Made by a program: the position numbers and the translations under genes
The notes under the pieces: model-generated
The model's database searches: none
What the model saw: the letters and a program-made list of their open reading frames with translations, nothing else
What the model was told of the DNA's origin: nothing
Shown here: piece by piece, positions 23,010-37,300 of the stretch
Layout: every line of letters begins with the position of its first letter
Numbering within the stretch: the stretch's first letter is position 1
NCBI GenBank assembly: GCA_964057225.1
Contig: OZ059894.1
Span: forward strand, 9,238,001 to 9,302,000
Origin: Auanema rhodensis
Lineage: Eukaryota; Animalia; Nematoda
Direction of reading: 5' to 3'
DNA length: 64,000 bases

Positions 23010-24568
23010 TCAACGAATTGGACCGTAAACAATATAGGTTGGCTTTCCATCTGTTCCATTATGATTTTCTAGTATTTCGTCCGCATCTCCCGCGAAGAAA
23101 GAGTTAGCATCGATAATGTTCACCTGAACAAGTTGTTTCAAACAAAGTAAGAGAAGAGTTACATCAGTCATCTGACCATAATGAACCTATGCTTATTCTA
23201 TACTTGAAGTACTAATATCATCATTTTGGAAATATACTTAGTTCAAATGTTCTACAACTGACCTCTTCTTCATTTGTTGGAGTAGCATACGCCAGGAAGA
23301 ATTTGCCATCAACTTCTATTTTGCAATTCAGATCACCGGCAAAGTTTACTTTTGCTACGAAATCCTTGTGACCAACAATGGACTCGAACGGCATAGAAAA
23401 TTTCTTTTCCACTGCCTATAAGTATGAACTTGTTGTTAATTAGGTTTTAAACTTTCGATTCTGAACCTCTTGAACAGCAGTTGCCATTCTTTGAACGTTG
23501 CAGCTGGAAATGCCTTCAGCCTTCGCTTCTATATAAGCTTCTTCCATAGTTCTTTCCAAAGTTACATTACAGCAGAGGAACCCTGAACAACATAGTGATA
23601 CATGAGCAAATCATTCTAATTCAATAAAATATTCAATTTGAAAGCATAAGATTACCGCTGGGATTGGTATAACATTTTGGTCCGGGTGGCGGAGGAGGAG
23701 GAGGAGGAACGACAATTGGCACAGGAATAAGGAACGGTGAATTACTACTTCGACCACCTCCAAGAAAAAAGGAGAGAGGTGAAAATCCATTTTTCTAAAA
23801 TAGACATCATATAAAACCACATTTTATTATTTTAATAGAGTTAAGAATAGAGAAGCTAACTCCTCCAAATAGACTCTGATAAAACTGTCCCCCGCCCAAC
23901 GTAGTAAACGTATGTCCAAGTGAGCGATGTCTATCTGCTTCAGATAGATGTCCATTCTTTACATGTAAGTTAGTAATGAATTTCCCTGTTCTGTAATAAG
24001 CCTTAACAGATTGCAACAACAAAACTAAAACAGGTTACTCTGCTTTTGTGAGTGCGGGCTTTTTCTCTTTTTGTGGCTGAGCTCCTGCACCTTCGATAAG
24101 TACCGGAGCAGCTGTAGTTTCAGCTACATAGTTGGGAGCACTAGTTGATACTTGACCACCTTCCGACGGAGAAGGGCTAGCTGCAGGAGAAGGGCTTGCT
24201 TGATAGGGTGGAGGTGGAAGAGGAGGCGGTTGAGGAGCTGAATTGTATTCTGGAGATACGGCAGCAGCTGGCCCGATTTGATACTTTCCTAAAAACAACT
24301 CATTATACTACAAAGGAACTAATAACGAATAGCTGACCTGTAGATTCACGAACTTTATCGAATCCATAGTGAGATCCTTCAAATTTCTGAAGACACATAG
24401 TCAACAATGCTTAAGTATATGAAAGAAATAAGATCGTACCGCGAATCGACTTAGTGAGCTTGATGGCTCAGCAAAGGTATAGCCTGAAGGCAATCTAACG
24501 TAGCGATTACCTTTCCGTTGCCCAACGGTATAGGATATACATAGTATTAAGAGAGATAAGCGGATCAT
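23010..24568 (-). CDS. Ground-like (grl, hedgehog-related) secreted protein with Pro-rich linker
   Basis: It has a signal peptide (MIRLSLLILCISYTVG) and Pro/Ser-rich exons. The C-terminal CCNVTLERTM...SCNVQRMATAVQ...FESIVGHKDFVAKVNFAGDLNCKIEVDGKFFLAYATP matches the ground-like domain pattern. The last exon ends ...IVYGPIR*. Confidence 0.85.
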
Positions 24569-26942
24569 GAGAGCTATAGATAAAAGTAATTAGATATGAA
24601 AAAGAAAATCACAATATTTTACCTTTAGTTAGAAAAATTAATTATACAATCGATGTATATAAGCAGAAATCTAGCGACAGTATTCTTAAGTTTATGAATA
24701 TATCCAACTATAGATGATTAATGTTGTTGCAGAAATGAATGTGCTGCTGGAAAAAACTGGTCGCAATTTGCACACTCCATTTCAATTTTCAGGAGAATCA
24801 TAGAAATGAAAGCAGTTGACCATTACTTGTATTGAAAGTAGTAACCATATAAAGGATAGAGTCATGAAATCTATTTTCTTTACTCTCTATCCATTGAATT
24901 ACTATTCATTGAACAGTCGAATTGAGAAAAACATGTATTTCTTCTCAAAGTATTAAGAGAATACTCATGATCTCACGTGAACTTATTCTAATTCACGTGA
25001 AACGTTGAAAATTCAAATGGATTTAGAGCTTATTCCATTAATCATACAAAGAGCAGACCGGTTGCATTCAACAATTCATTTTGCTATAAGTGGTAGTAAA
25101 GGTGCTAAACGAAAAATAGAATTCAAGATAGATGAACTTAGTCGTTGGGACAATGACAACACTTGTCTTTCTAATGTTGTTTTGTTGTTTTTTTCTTTTT
25201 CATATCTTGATTTGTATGTTGAAGCTTATTAAGAAAAGCTTCTCCTAGCAATATATTTATTTTTTTGTTTAAATTTTTCCAGGAAAAAACATAAATCTAT
25301 TCAACTATACTCTAAATATTACTGAAATATTGTCAAAATCGAAGAAAAACTTTTCACAGAAGGTAATAGTGAAACAGGATTTCACTCTTTCTCATCTTAC
25401 TCTTCATCTGGAAATTTCAATCAAAAAAATGAGTTTTCCTCAGTGATGAGAGAAAAAAAAAAGATTTTTTGCTCATATTCTTTAATCTATATCAAGAATT
25501 TAAAGTGTATAATCATTTAATTTTGTTTGATTAAGAGGATTTATTGAGATGATGTGTTGAAAAGAAATGAAAGAAAAAAAAAGAGAACGATCTATTCAAT
25601 ACATTTCCAATTAACTCCGACTCCATTTTTGTTGACAAATTGTTTTATTCGAGAAATCCGTTTTCCTCCCACCTTACGTAACAAACAACAATATATTCAA
25701 TCTTGATGTACAAATGATTGATTTTCTTTTATCAAAAATGAAATTTCAATCGAAAACTGCTTGATATAAGATAAATTTGAGTGATTCTTCAATGGTTGTG
25801 ATCTTCTAGGTTGACATCACGCATATCTTGATCCGATCCACTCAACTTCTCAGATGAGGCAGATGAAATTGAAATGAAAACGGCATGATTTTCCGTCGTC
25901 AACATTGACGATTTATCAGAATATGTGCTAAAATCTTGAAGGTCAGTTCAGCTGATTGCACTTCAAATCATACAGGGTTCTTCTTTTTATTTGTTTATAG
26001 AATAGCCAATATACGCATCTCTGCTGGCTATGCAATAGGCTTTCAAGTGTATTCGTTAGCTCATCTATCGGTACTGAGCTCACTGGCTAAGAGTTTTGAT
26101 TGAGCAACTCATCAATCCATCTAACTGCTGGAATACGAACACATTTGACTTTTTTTCCCCATCTCATAAAAATTGAATATTCTGATATATATAAAAGCAT
26201 CGTGCTGGTGATCTCCATTTTCATGTAAAACCAGAATTTCAATGTTTCATTACAGTTTTTCTTCATGCAATTGATGAGCATAAAATCGCATGACATCTGT
26301 TGCAACTAACCAGAACTCTAACATCTAATCCTATGTTACGTTCATTTATGTTTGTTTTTATTCGTCGGATTATTTTTTAAATATTCATCCGTGTTACCAG
26401 AACCGGAATTTCATAAAAAAACAGCACCGCAATGACCAGATCCACGAGAAATGCACACAGATTGCTGAAAAAATGAAGAGCATCCACGTGTAAATTAATC
26501 CTTCGACACTGGTTCTGGCGTTTAGGTTTGTAGACTCTTCTCTGATCTTCTATCGTTTTGTTTCAAAAACCTGTAAGCTTTCAACAGCTTTCACATCAAG
26601 TACATATACGTGTATCATCCTGCTCTTGCTTTCTTCCTTATACCAGCAAGAAGGGTCGTTCGTCAAATCTTTCTACCTTCTGTACATCTTGAGATTATTT
26701 TTATGAATTTCTTGACATTTTTTCCTGTTCCTTATGTGCTTATCTTGTTTTTCTGACACTCTTCTCTAAACAAAATTCTTTTTTAAGATAAAGATATCGC
26801 CATTAGTGTCTGTTTGAAGCTCTAAACATCTCGAATACTCGATATACTACTGAACATTTTTCTTCAAATATTTCCATAGAGTAACTTATTTCTATTTTAT
26901 TATACTAAAATCGTTTATCCTCATTTCAGCCATAATTCATAT

Positions 26943-27804
26943 ATGCGTTCTTTATTCTTTATTTCTTTATTATTATTTGGAGTTGTATCGTATCGAGTTC
27001 ATCAACTTGATTGGTGTCTGTATTTCAAACTTCGTAAAATTGAAAGGCCAGAATGCAAATATTATGATATAACTCGTGAAAGACCAGCAGTTAAGAGATT
27101 AATAGAAAGAAGTAAGTTGATTAAGTGTTTATAACTTTGTATTCTATGATTTGTTTAAAGTTTCATCTAAGCGATACCGGCCGAAGCCGCAAATCCAAAA
27201 TTCGATTGAAGTTGAAATTCCGCCTAGTCAGGTAGAGCATATTTTAAACTTTTTTTTCCAATTCATTTCACAATGAGACTTTCACAATTGACGGGAAAAA
27301 TGAATTTAACAATGGATTTATCTCACGTTTTTAGCCAATCGTGAGCAGCATGACCAGCTTCAAGCCTCCCATTTGTTCTGCATTTAGCAAACACTGTACG
27401 TATAGCACTATGTGCGATGGTGGAATGCAAGTTCGTTATTGCTTTTTTTTTATTGAAAGACACATCTTGTAATATGAGAAATGTAATCTCTTTCTCAAGT
27501 TTTTTTCTTCTTTCACCGTGCAGAAGCCTATGTTCTTCTTGTTTATCTTTTGTTTTAGCGATGTATTGATATGATCAATTTTCGTGAATGTTGTGCCACT
27601 CCAGAACGCACTTGCCCTCCGCCCTCATCTTTTGGATTCAAGTAATTTCTTCAACAGATTTTCAAAAGGATATGCAAAAGCTAAGTGTATTTCAGATGCA
27701 TGGTGCAGAATCCAGTTAGTTGGTGTGAGATGGATTCCGACTGTGGCTTTGCGCCCTACAAGAAATGTTGTCCAACGGGTTGTAATTATAATATTTGTTT
27801 ATAA
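26943..27804 (+). CDS. Small secreted Cys-rich protein with C-terminal WAP (four-disulfide core)-like domain
   Basis: Signal peptide MRSLFFISLLLFGVVS. The spliced C-terminus CPPPSSLGF.CMVQNPVSWCEMDSDCGFAPYKKCCPTGCNYNICL* has the C..DSDC...KCC..GC...C WAP pattern. About 5 exons. Confidence 0.75.
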
Positions 27805-28321
27805 ATTCATATGTTCTATACTAAATATTTTATAAAAATTGTCTTATGTTTGTTGAAAACCTGCTGAGATGCTGTTCGGTCATTCAAGAAGAACAATAAG
27901 GTGAATTAGATAATTTTTCATGAAAATCACGTCTAACAGTAAAATGAAGATAAACATCTTCAAACAACAAATAAAATACAATATAGTACATAATTAAAAT
28001 TCTTCATAATGATTGGCAAAAGGAGGTTTTTTGAAGTTGAGACCATATTCATATATCACTCAAGATATTTCTAATCGTTCTAATATTGTAAGTGAAATCG
28101 TTGTATACAAGAAATTGAAAGAAAAATATCACAATTCGCAATGATAAAACTAGGAAAAAAAGGTTTTGAAAGGCAGGTTTTGATGTGTAAAATGATTATT
28201 CTCATTTAATTCAAAATATAAACACAAAATACATATGTAAAGAAGATTTGAGATTATTAATATGACAGCTTAAATTGATATATAATATCCTAAGTAAGAT
28301 TATTATTATTATACCCTAAAT

Positions 28322-31300
28322 TCACACGGTACTTTCTGGCATGGCAGTTCGTTCTGATCGTTCTGACCACGTATCACCCGTTATAGTAGAATCCCTTTCT
28401 GATTCTGTTGGACATGTTGAACATGGAGTAGCTGATGTAGTTGGTGAGGAGATACTTCCATCACGTAAGCGAATTTCACTCATCGATACTGGTCTTAAAG
28501 ACTTTCTATTTGGCGATTGGAATGTATGCAGCGTCGGAATTTCAGCATATGGATTTGGATTTTGGTTTACACGATTTCTGAAAAACACAAATAGTTTTGA
28601 ATATGATTGGTTAAGATCAGCTGATTACCTTCGAGGTGTTCTTGTGGAATAGTATGTAGTATCAGAGTAATCTCCACTACGAATAGTATACGTTTCATCA
28701 GTGGTTTGCGAAGCTGAGCTTCCTCTGGTATAGGAAGATACTGAGTGAGTTCCTCTGTAGAATAATGAATTAGCCAGTTGATTTAAAAAATTTCTATACC
28801 TTGTTGAATCTGTATATGTTTTTTCATAGGTTTGATCAGTACTTCCTGAACAGGATGTTCGTTCTGTTTCAGTTGGAGATCTAGTTGTTGTTGTTCTTGT
28901 GGTTCTTGAAGCACCAGCAAACGAATCTCCATAAGCATTGATCATTGTACCATGTACACTACCAAGAGCAGAATGATGTGAAGCTGTTCCTGCCAGTCCC
29001 CATCGTTTACTTTCTTGCTGAGCTTTTCTGTAATGGTGAAAATATTAAAAATTGAGTTTAAATATTGAAACAAACCTTTGAAGCTTGATGCTAGCTCTAA
29101 TAATCTTTTTTCGTTCAATTGTTTCTTCTTTTCTGCGATGTGATTTGATACACCAACAGAATGCAAGCAAGAAGACCAAAGCAACAAGAATTGAAAGAAT
29201 CACAATAGCAATGACAACTCCAGCTCTCCACATGATTGGCTCAACATACGGTTGAGTTCCTGTAACATACGAATGAGTATATCTGAATGAAACTGCTTGA
29301 ACAAACCTTTTTCGCACAGGAATGGCATTAAACTATTGCAATTAACTGTTCCTATCTTTCCAGTTCTTCCACTTAACCATCCACATTGAGTGAGGGGTAT
29401 GTCAGTTGATGAAACCCAAACATGAGTATCAGAAGGCATCTACAAAGGAATGTTGAGAATTTGTTGAAAAAGGGTGAAGTTATAACCTCGAAAGATGAAA
29501 ATCGCTCAGGTTCTGTGATGTATTGAGCAGTGATTTGATCTAATCTACGTGCCAATTCCTTCTGACGGTTATCATCTGTTCGCATATATGGAACAAAGGC
29601 ATCCAATTCTTCACAATAAGATACTGCTCTAGAATAAGTTGCAGCTCCTCCAACGAATAAGAAGCACGATTGGAATTCAGAATGTCCTGCAGAGAACCAT
29701 CCAGCAGGGCAATTTCCTTCGATAAGGGAAATGTTACTCTCCAATACAGGTTGATAATCAACCTAAAAGCAAAAAAAATGCATAAGAAAGTAAATTAAAC
29801 GTAAACAAAGTAGTGCAAAAAAATAAAAAAATTTCTGGAGATATGGGGAATTGAACCCCAGCCCTCTCCCATGCTAAGGGAGCGCTCTACCACTGAGCTA
29901 TATCCCCACACATTTCAAGAGAACTTCACCCGATTATATTGCTATACGGGTTTTTCTCACATTTCACGAAATCAAAATGTTTCATTTATTTGCTCGATAG
30001 AAGAAAGCAAACATACCCGCAAAAGGTAAGGATAGTCTGTGTGGTCAACAATCTTTCCAGATGCTACACCATCAGTTCCTGGGTATCCCCAATAATTCTG
30101 ACGAGCATTGATAGTTCCCAAATCATATCTATAAAGTAATGATAAGTACATGTTGTAACAATATGAATTCATACTGAGTTTGCTTAGCAGTAGCAAGTTC
30201 ATAGCTATTACGTGGATTATTGAATACATTGCCTTTGTATTGCTGATTAGCTGTTCCAGCTGAAATTCAAAATACTTGTATACATATAGACTGATAAGCT
30301 TCGTACCCAGGATAGTAGAACGATAACGCTCTGTTTCAGTTCCAACATGGGTCCACCAGTCAAACGATACACCTTGCTGATTAAGAACTTGTCTTTTGGG
30401 TCTTCGTAGAAATTCATCTTTTTCCACTAGTGGATGATAACCAAAAGCTTCTTGATACTGATGTCCATGACCCAAAGCTAAATTGTCTTCGAAGTTGTTA
30501 TATAAGAAGACTTGAGTTTCGGATGTAATTCTGAAACGGTTAATATTTTGAAATTAGAAATTAAAAAAAAAAGAAAATACCTTGAGTAACCATGAGTGTC
30601 AACAGTATGCAGACCAGTATTATAAGAAAATACATTTTTCGTCATATTCAGTGACATATCATGAACTAATACAGTATCATGGTATAAAGCATAATTCATG
30701 GACAAAACATTATTGATCATTGTGACCATCTGATAATTATTTCCCATAAAAGCTAATGTAGTTGAATTGGAATTCCAAGAGAACAAGTTATTCTTTATAA
30801 TTGCAGTTAATCGAGCAACAGCTGACGATGACTTAGCAGATACTAAGAGACCACCTCGGTTATGAGCAAGAGAATTGCCACGGAATAGAAGAACCTAAAC
30901 AAAAAAATATATAAAAATACAGGTGATTCTTCGACAACAAACCATTGTATTATGAAGTTGCAGTTGGACAGCTTGATGAGCTGTAGATACGTTACCGAAT
31001 AAGTTGATTCCATTATAACTGATGGAACAATCCTCTGAAAGAAAAATCATTGAAATCGTCATTATCTTTAACATCGCATACCGATTCTAACGTTTGGACT
31101 CATCTCTCCACTATTCTGATAATCTATGGCACCCCTCTCGTTATGATCTATACGTGAAGCTCTTATGACTACTTCATCAATAGGATCTAAAAAAATATTT
31201 AATTGGATATTTGTACCAATGAGAATGTACTTACGAGAATCAGGACTACTTGGAGTTGCTGAAATTTCTGCAAGAAAACCGTATGTTCCATCAGCAGCAG

Positions 31301-34300
31301 TAGCACGTAGATGTAAAGAGATTGTTTCAGCAGAGACGGATTGTGAAAACGGTGTTGCTTCAATATCCGAACGATATTCAGCCAGAAGTGTGGATGGAAG
31401 GAAGCTGTTAGAGCTGTATACACGTAAGGCATCTGCTCGACCAAGATCCACAGGATTTGAATATAAATTAACCTGAAATATAAATATTGTATCTTAATAA
31501 AGTCTATGAAATGAATAACCTGAAGAAATCGGAAAGCTAATTTTCTTCCCGGCGAAGTAAATATCTTAATACAATCCACAGGCATTGAATCATATTTGTA
31601 AAAGACAAGAATTCGATTAACAACTTCTCGAACTTTTCCAGCTGAGCATAGATCAAGTAAGCCTTGAGCAGAATATGGAATATTCAATGGACTTATAGGA
31701 GCATCTACAATAAATTAAATATAAATATCAAAAGAAGAAAGAATAACAAACCTGCATTGGCATTAGGAGCTTGTAGATTTGCTGTTACAATCGAAATTCC
31801 TTGTCCACGATTATGAGTAACATTTAGATGATTCAGAATTACTTTTTCATGAGGAGATATAATTTGAATTGCATGCATGCTTGAATTTGTAACATTCACA
31901 TGATCCAAGATTGGTGAACGATAGAAGATTTGTAATCCAGCTGATTGATAGGATTCGTTGTGACCTGAACCTCCACCAACAATTTCCACATTTCGGAGAA
32001 TAGAAGCATCTTTGTCATTATGCATGCTAAGCTCTAAGCTTGATCTTCCAAAAGTGATACCACCCCAATTTCCAATGTAATCACTGAAATATCATTAAAT
32101 ATAATAAAACTGCATATTATGCTGGTTGTATTGTTACAGTAACCCCGGAGATTACTGTAACTTATTTACTGCAATAGAGTGACTACCGTAATCAAATACG
32201 GACTTACCTGTTAAGAGAATTGTTATATCCACAGAAAATATAATTGAAATGTTCATTGTCCATACACATCCATTGCGAATCATTTCCGGCTAAGCGTAGA
32301 TTACAACGATCGAGACTTGGCTCATTTCCTTTACATTCTCGGGGCTCCATATAGGTTTTTCTGATGTTAATCCTTGGATTATAATCCCAGAATGGAGTTA
32401 TCCAATGATAAGCGTTCATAGTTGGATAACCAAGTTGTCGGCAAACAACCTATAAAGAAATATTGTGAAAATCACAAATATGAACCATGTTATACCTGAG
32501 CATTTCTAAGAGTGAATTGACGATCACATGAAGCTACAACTTCTCCTGTTGTGGAATTATGAATCATTAAGAATCCACTTCTATCAGGAACAGAGCCATT
32601 ATTCGTCAAAGAAACATCAAATCTAAGAAGTAATTATAAGAAAATAAAATCTATTTAACTGTACTTCTGATAATAAGGATCATCTCGGTAAAGAACAGGG
32701 AATTGTCTGTAAACATCATCAGGACGAGCTCGATTTGCTCTCTTCTTTCGAGTCCAAGCATTCATTCTTTGTTCCACATCACTTCGTTTATTTCGTAAAC
32801 GGAAACCACTGCTTCGTTTGTACCTTGTGCCAATTTTGCCTCGTATCTCATCAAACTCTGTTGTATTGATGGGTTTAAATCTGAAAAAAAGAAACGGTTG
32901 ACCTTTACACAAACTGACTAATTTACCTTATAGGTTCCCAGTAAGTTCCATCAGCAATCAAATCGCCCAATACAAGAATTCGAACATTAGGCCAGACATG
33001 AACTTCAACACCTCGTTCGATCGTTAATGTTGCTCCCGGCATGATCGTCAAATCTCTGGTGATGCGGTATGGACGGTATGGCTGAATTGTCGGTTGAATA
33101 AAGTTGAATAAATAAATTTTACCTTATAGTAATGAGGGAAATTGTGCCATCTTTCTCTTATTAGACTCATATTCTTAGATTCAAACATGCGTCCCTTCAA
33201 ATCGTAAACAGTAGGCTCAGACCGAGTTGCATTCGATAGTTGACCCTGAAGAATGCTTTGAATGTTAAATCCCTTCATTGATTTCTAACCTTTCTTCCAC
33301 GGAAATCCCACCAAAAATCAATGAAATGCTCATATGTCACATAGAATGGGCTGTATTCAGCCACTGTATACGTGTTCCAGTCATCAAAATCGAAGATTCT
33401 TTGAGCGATTTCAGCTTCATTTCCCATACCCCACCAATTATATGTAACATTCATCTTTACATTAACATCTTGATACTGAAAATAAAATGATTAATAAAGA
33501 AAATTGATTATATATAAGAACCTTGCATCCGGAAACCAGTTCGAAATCCATCAAGTTGTTGCGAAGTCGATTGTAATGAACCTCAACATGCTGCGAACCA
33601 AATATGCCAACAGCGTATGATCTTGGCCACATGTCAACATAATCTTCTGACGCCTATGAATAAAAAATAATAAGAAAACATATGTTAAAGCTTAATAAAA
33701 CCTTGATGAAGTGATTGTGAAGGAAGTAATTATATTGAATCAGCGATGGAACATCAACTTTCTGAAGATAATGCGAATTTGTATCCACTTTAACCATCCA
33801 ATGTCCCTGAAAACAAATTGTATTATCTTAGGCTTAAATATGAGTGTAACTAATACCCAATTTGATAAGAATCTGTTTCTTTCCATGACAACCTGCTTCT
33901 CCATGCCACTCAATTCCATTATTCCTGATCCAATCCTTGCATAATTATCCGTAAAGTTATTGGATGAAATGTTGGCGAATACGTAATATCCATCAAGCAG
34001 AATTCGGAATTGATCGTTCTGTTCGAAACGATTTTCAGTCATCCAGAATGTATGGAACGGTTTTGCCTTTAGATCATATACATCTGGTAGACGTACTGAT
34101 ATACCGCTGTTAGTGTTATTTGCAAATGTATTTGACCAAATTTTCCAATGGAAAACATTTGCTGCAGCATAGAGATCACGATGAGTTTCGATAACAGGTC
34201 CTGTATTGTCGACGATTGAGCAGTTATCCAGATGATATGTTATTTCAGCAATTGGGGTGTCAGGTAGTACAGCATGCTGTGGAGCATGAATCCACATCAC

Positions 34301-37300
34301 TGCTTCAGCATTACGAGTAAAGTTGACTTTTTGGAACCAGATCTTCTCATTATTCCATCTATTGGTCAAAGTTCCGTCAGTGAAAGAAAGATTACTGTAG
34401 TGAACAGAAGAGACTCCATATTGATTATCTTCAACTCTTGATTGGTAGACATGAACAAAGCGATCTAGATATTCTTGAGCGTCCAAAAAGAGCACAAGGA
34501 GTATAAGCTTTGGCCTTCCATATGATCTAGTATAAGTCATTCGGAGTTGGTTCGAGCTCGAGACAATTGGAAAATGAATAGAATCACGACGTGCACTCCA
34601 GATTTTGTTACCGGAATCATAGAAAACTGCATCCTCATCAGATATATTAGATACTGGATTGACAATTTGCACAGCAAGTTTAGATGCTAGACCATATTCA
34701 TATCCAACAGCTTCTAAGATGATTTCATGTCTACAAGTTTCAAAAGGGACAGCTGGGCAGTCACTGGTTTCCTTAGCCACTAGAAACTTTCTCTGATTTA
34801 GTTGACTTTCGAAAACTTCAAATTTGGAATATGAATTGTTTGGAATGATGTACACGTTATTAGCTTCAAGCTCTGGTTGCTCTCTCATGTCAAGCCAAGA
34901 AACAATATCTTGTTGCAAAGATGAGGACACTCGAGGATTATAACGGAAACCGGCTTGCCCACTTTGACTTACAGTAACCTGTAAAGCAATTGTTTTAAAC
35001 TAAAAAAATAAAGATTATCACTTACTTCTTCTACTGTTATTCCTGCTGATCGTAGATGAACACCATTTCGACGATTGTTAGTTATGAGACTTTTTCTAAT
35101 AGCTGGTTTCTTGGTTAAATCGTTGTAAACGACATCAATACCGTTCCAGAAATTGTTTTTTATTTCCAAATTATGGAAAGTATGATAATTCCAATCAATT
35201 TGAAGAGCAGGAGAAAATTCAGGAACTTTGAAATCAAATGATCCAGCTTTCTCAATCACCCAATTATTCATTGTGGTCTGCCCAGTGACAGCAGGTGGAC
35301 TAGCGAGCAAAGAATAACGAACTCCAGCCCATCGTGGCTCCATGCATCTGATGCCAACAACTTCAGTAGATCGACAACCGGCTTCAACATTATGTCGGAA
35401 ACCGTCGTGACGACATCTGGTTAAGTCGACTTCATTCTCCTCACATCGAATGTTATCCATGCGCATTGATAATTCTCCTTTAGGTGGAAAGATTCGCCAA
35501 TTCTCAAAGAATTCCGGATCCATAATGAGACCAAGTTGGTTACAAGCCATACGAGCATGTGTAGCTGTCCAAGTTCTATTACAAATTGTACCCCATTCAT
35601 TATCAACAAATACCTATAATTATAAGAAAAATTAGATTCGAATACAAAATCTTCAGTTCTTACTTCAAGACGTCCTTCAGTTACTTGATCATTACCATCT
35701 TCATCAACCAAGCGAATATTTGCAATTTTCGGTTGAGTATATGGAGCAGAAGTAAAAATAACTTTTTTTGTATGACCGAAGAATTCAGTTCGAGATAATT
35801 CTCCCTGAACCAGCATTCCAACTCCGTCTTTGAATTCAAAAATGGAGCCAGGAGCCACTGTTAACTTCGCACCCGGAACAACATGAAGATCGTCATTAAC
35901 AGTATATCTAAATCACATAAAATAAAAATAGACTGGATAAATATTGTCTTACCGTCCCGGTGGTAAATCATGATTTTCATAAATAGCTCCTCCAAGTTGG
36001 AATGGCTCAGAATCTTGTCGGAATTCACGGAAATATTCTTGTAATCGAGTGATGTGAGGATTCCTTTGATTACAAACAGCTGCATAAGGATCAACTTCAA
36101 TAGAAGCTAAGGAATAGCGATTGAACTAGAATGAAGAAAACAACGTTAGCTGATTAAAGAATAAACAATCATACTTGATCAAATATTTTTTTCATGAAAG
36201 AAGCAACACTAGGAGTCCCCCAGTTATTCTCACGAGCATCAATCCATTTAGCATGAGCAGCTAATTCAGTAGCAATTTCATATTCTGCTTGAGGATTTTT
36301 GAAACAATTCCTACGAATGATGACATTGCTACTGGATACTACCAGAGCAGCATAAGGTGATGTTCTTGGTCGAAGATGAGGAGTCGGGTTAATGACTACA
36401 TTTTCTCGAATCTAAAGAAACAAATATGTTTTTTTCTTATTCAGATATCAAATTTTACTTCATTTTGTTGATTAAAGATGAGTCTTTGATTTGGTGCATC
36501 TTCATTCAATCCAATAGATATAATATATTTACCTCGATTGAACTTGAAAGCATTTTTCGAAATTGTAACCTAAATTATTAATATTTCAATAAATAAACAA
36601 TAATGAAATTAAAATAAATTATACATTAGATCCTAATGTCCATAACCATGGTTGTTCTGCATTTTTGATGAATAAAGCTGTATCATTGTTATTTAAAAAC
36701 TGATTACTGCTTATAACAGCATGCATGTTCACAGCAGGAGATATGCGTACACCTAAGCCTTGATTTCCTATAAATGATTTGATAAAAGAAATTTTTCAGA
36801 CTAAAAAGATTCTTCAAACAAACCTTCTATACGATTTCCTGTGATATCAACTAGAGTACGAGCGGTGTTATGGCCACGACAAGAATGAATTTCTAAGGCT
36901 GGATGATATTCATTACCAAGCATTTCAACCCAATTAATAAGAACCTAAAAAAAAAAAAATTTAATGTATTTTCCCTTGTCAATGTACCTTAGGCTCTATT
37001 CTACGATAGGATGGAACACAGAAGTTACCAACTAAAATACCTCCCCATTCGTTTTCAGCAACAACTGTTGGAAGATAAAAGATATTGTTAGATGGTCTTC
37101 CTTTAAAGATGAATTCCATATGCATAGCTAGGAATGGTGCAGTATCGTTGAAGTGAAAAGCTGCTCCACGCCAGCGATTTCGTTCAATTCGAGTTCCGTT
37201 GATCATGACTGATCCTCCGGCAAATGTAACATTTATTCCATCTCCCCAATTATCTTCAACACGAGTCTCATTGAACCAAATATCTGCCGCTCCACTCTGA

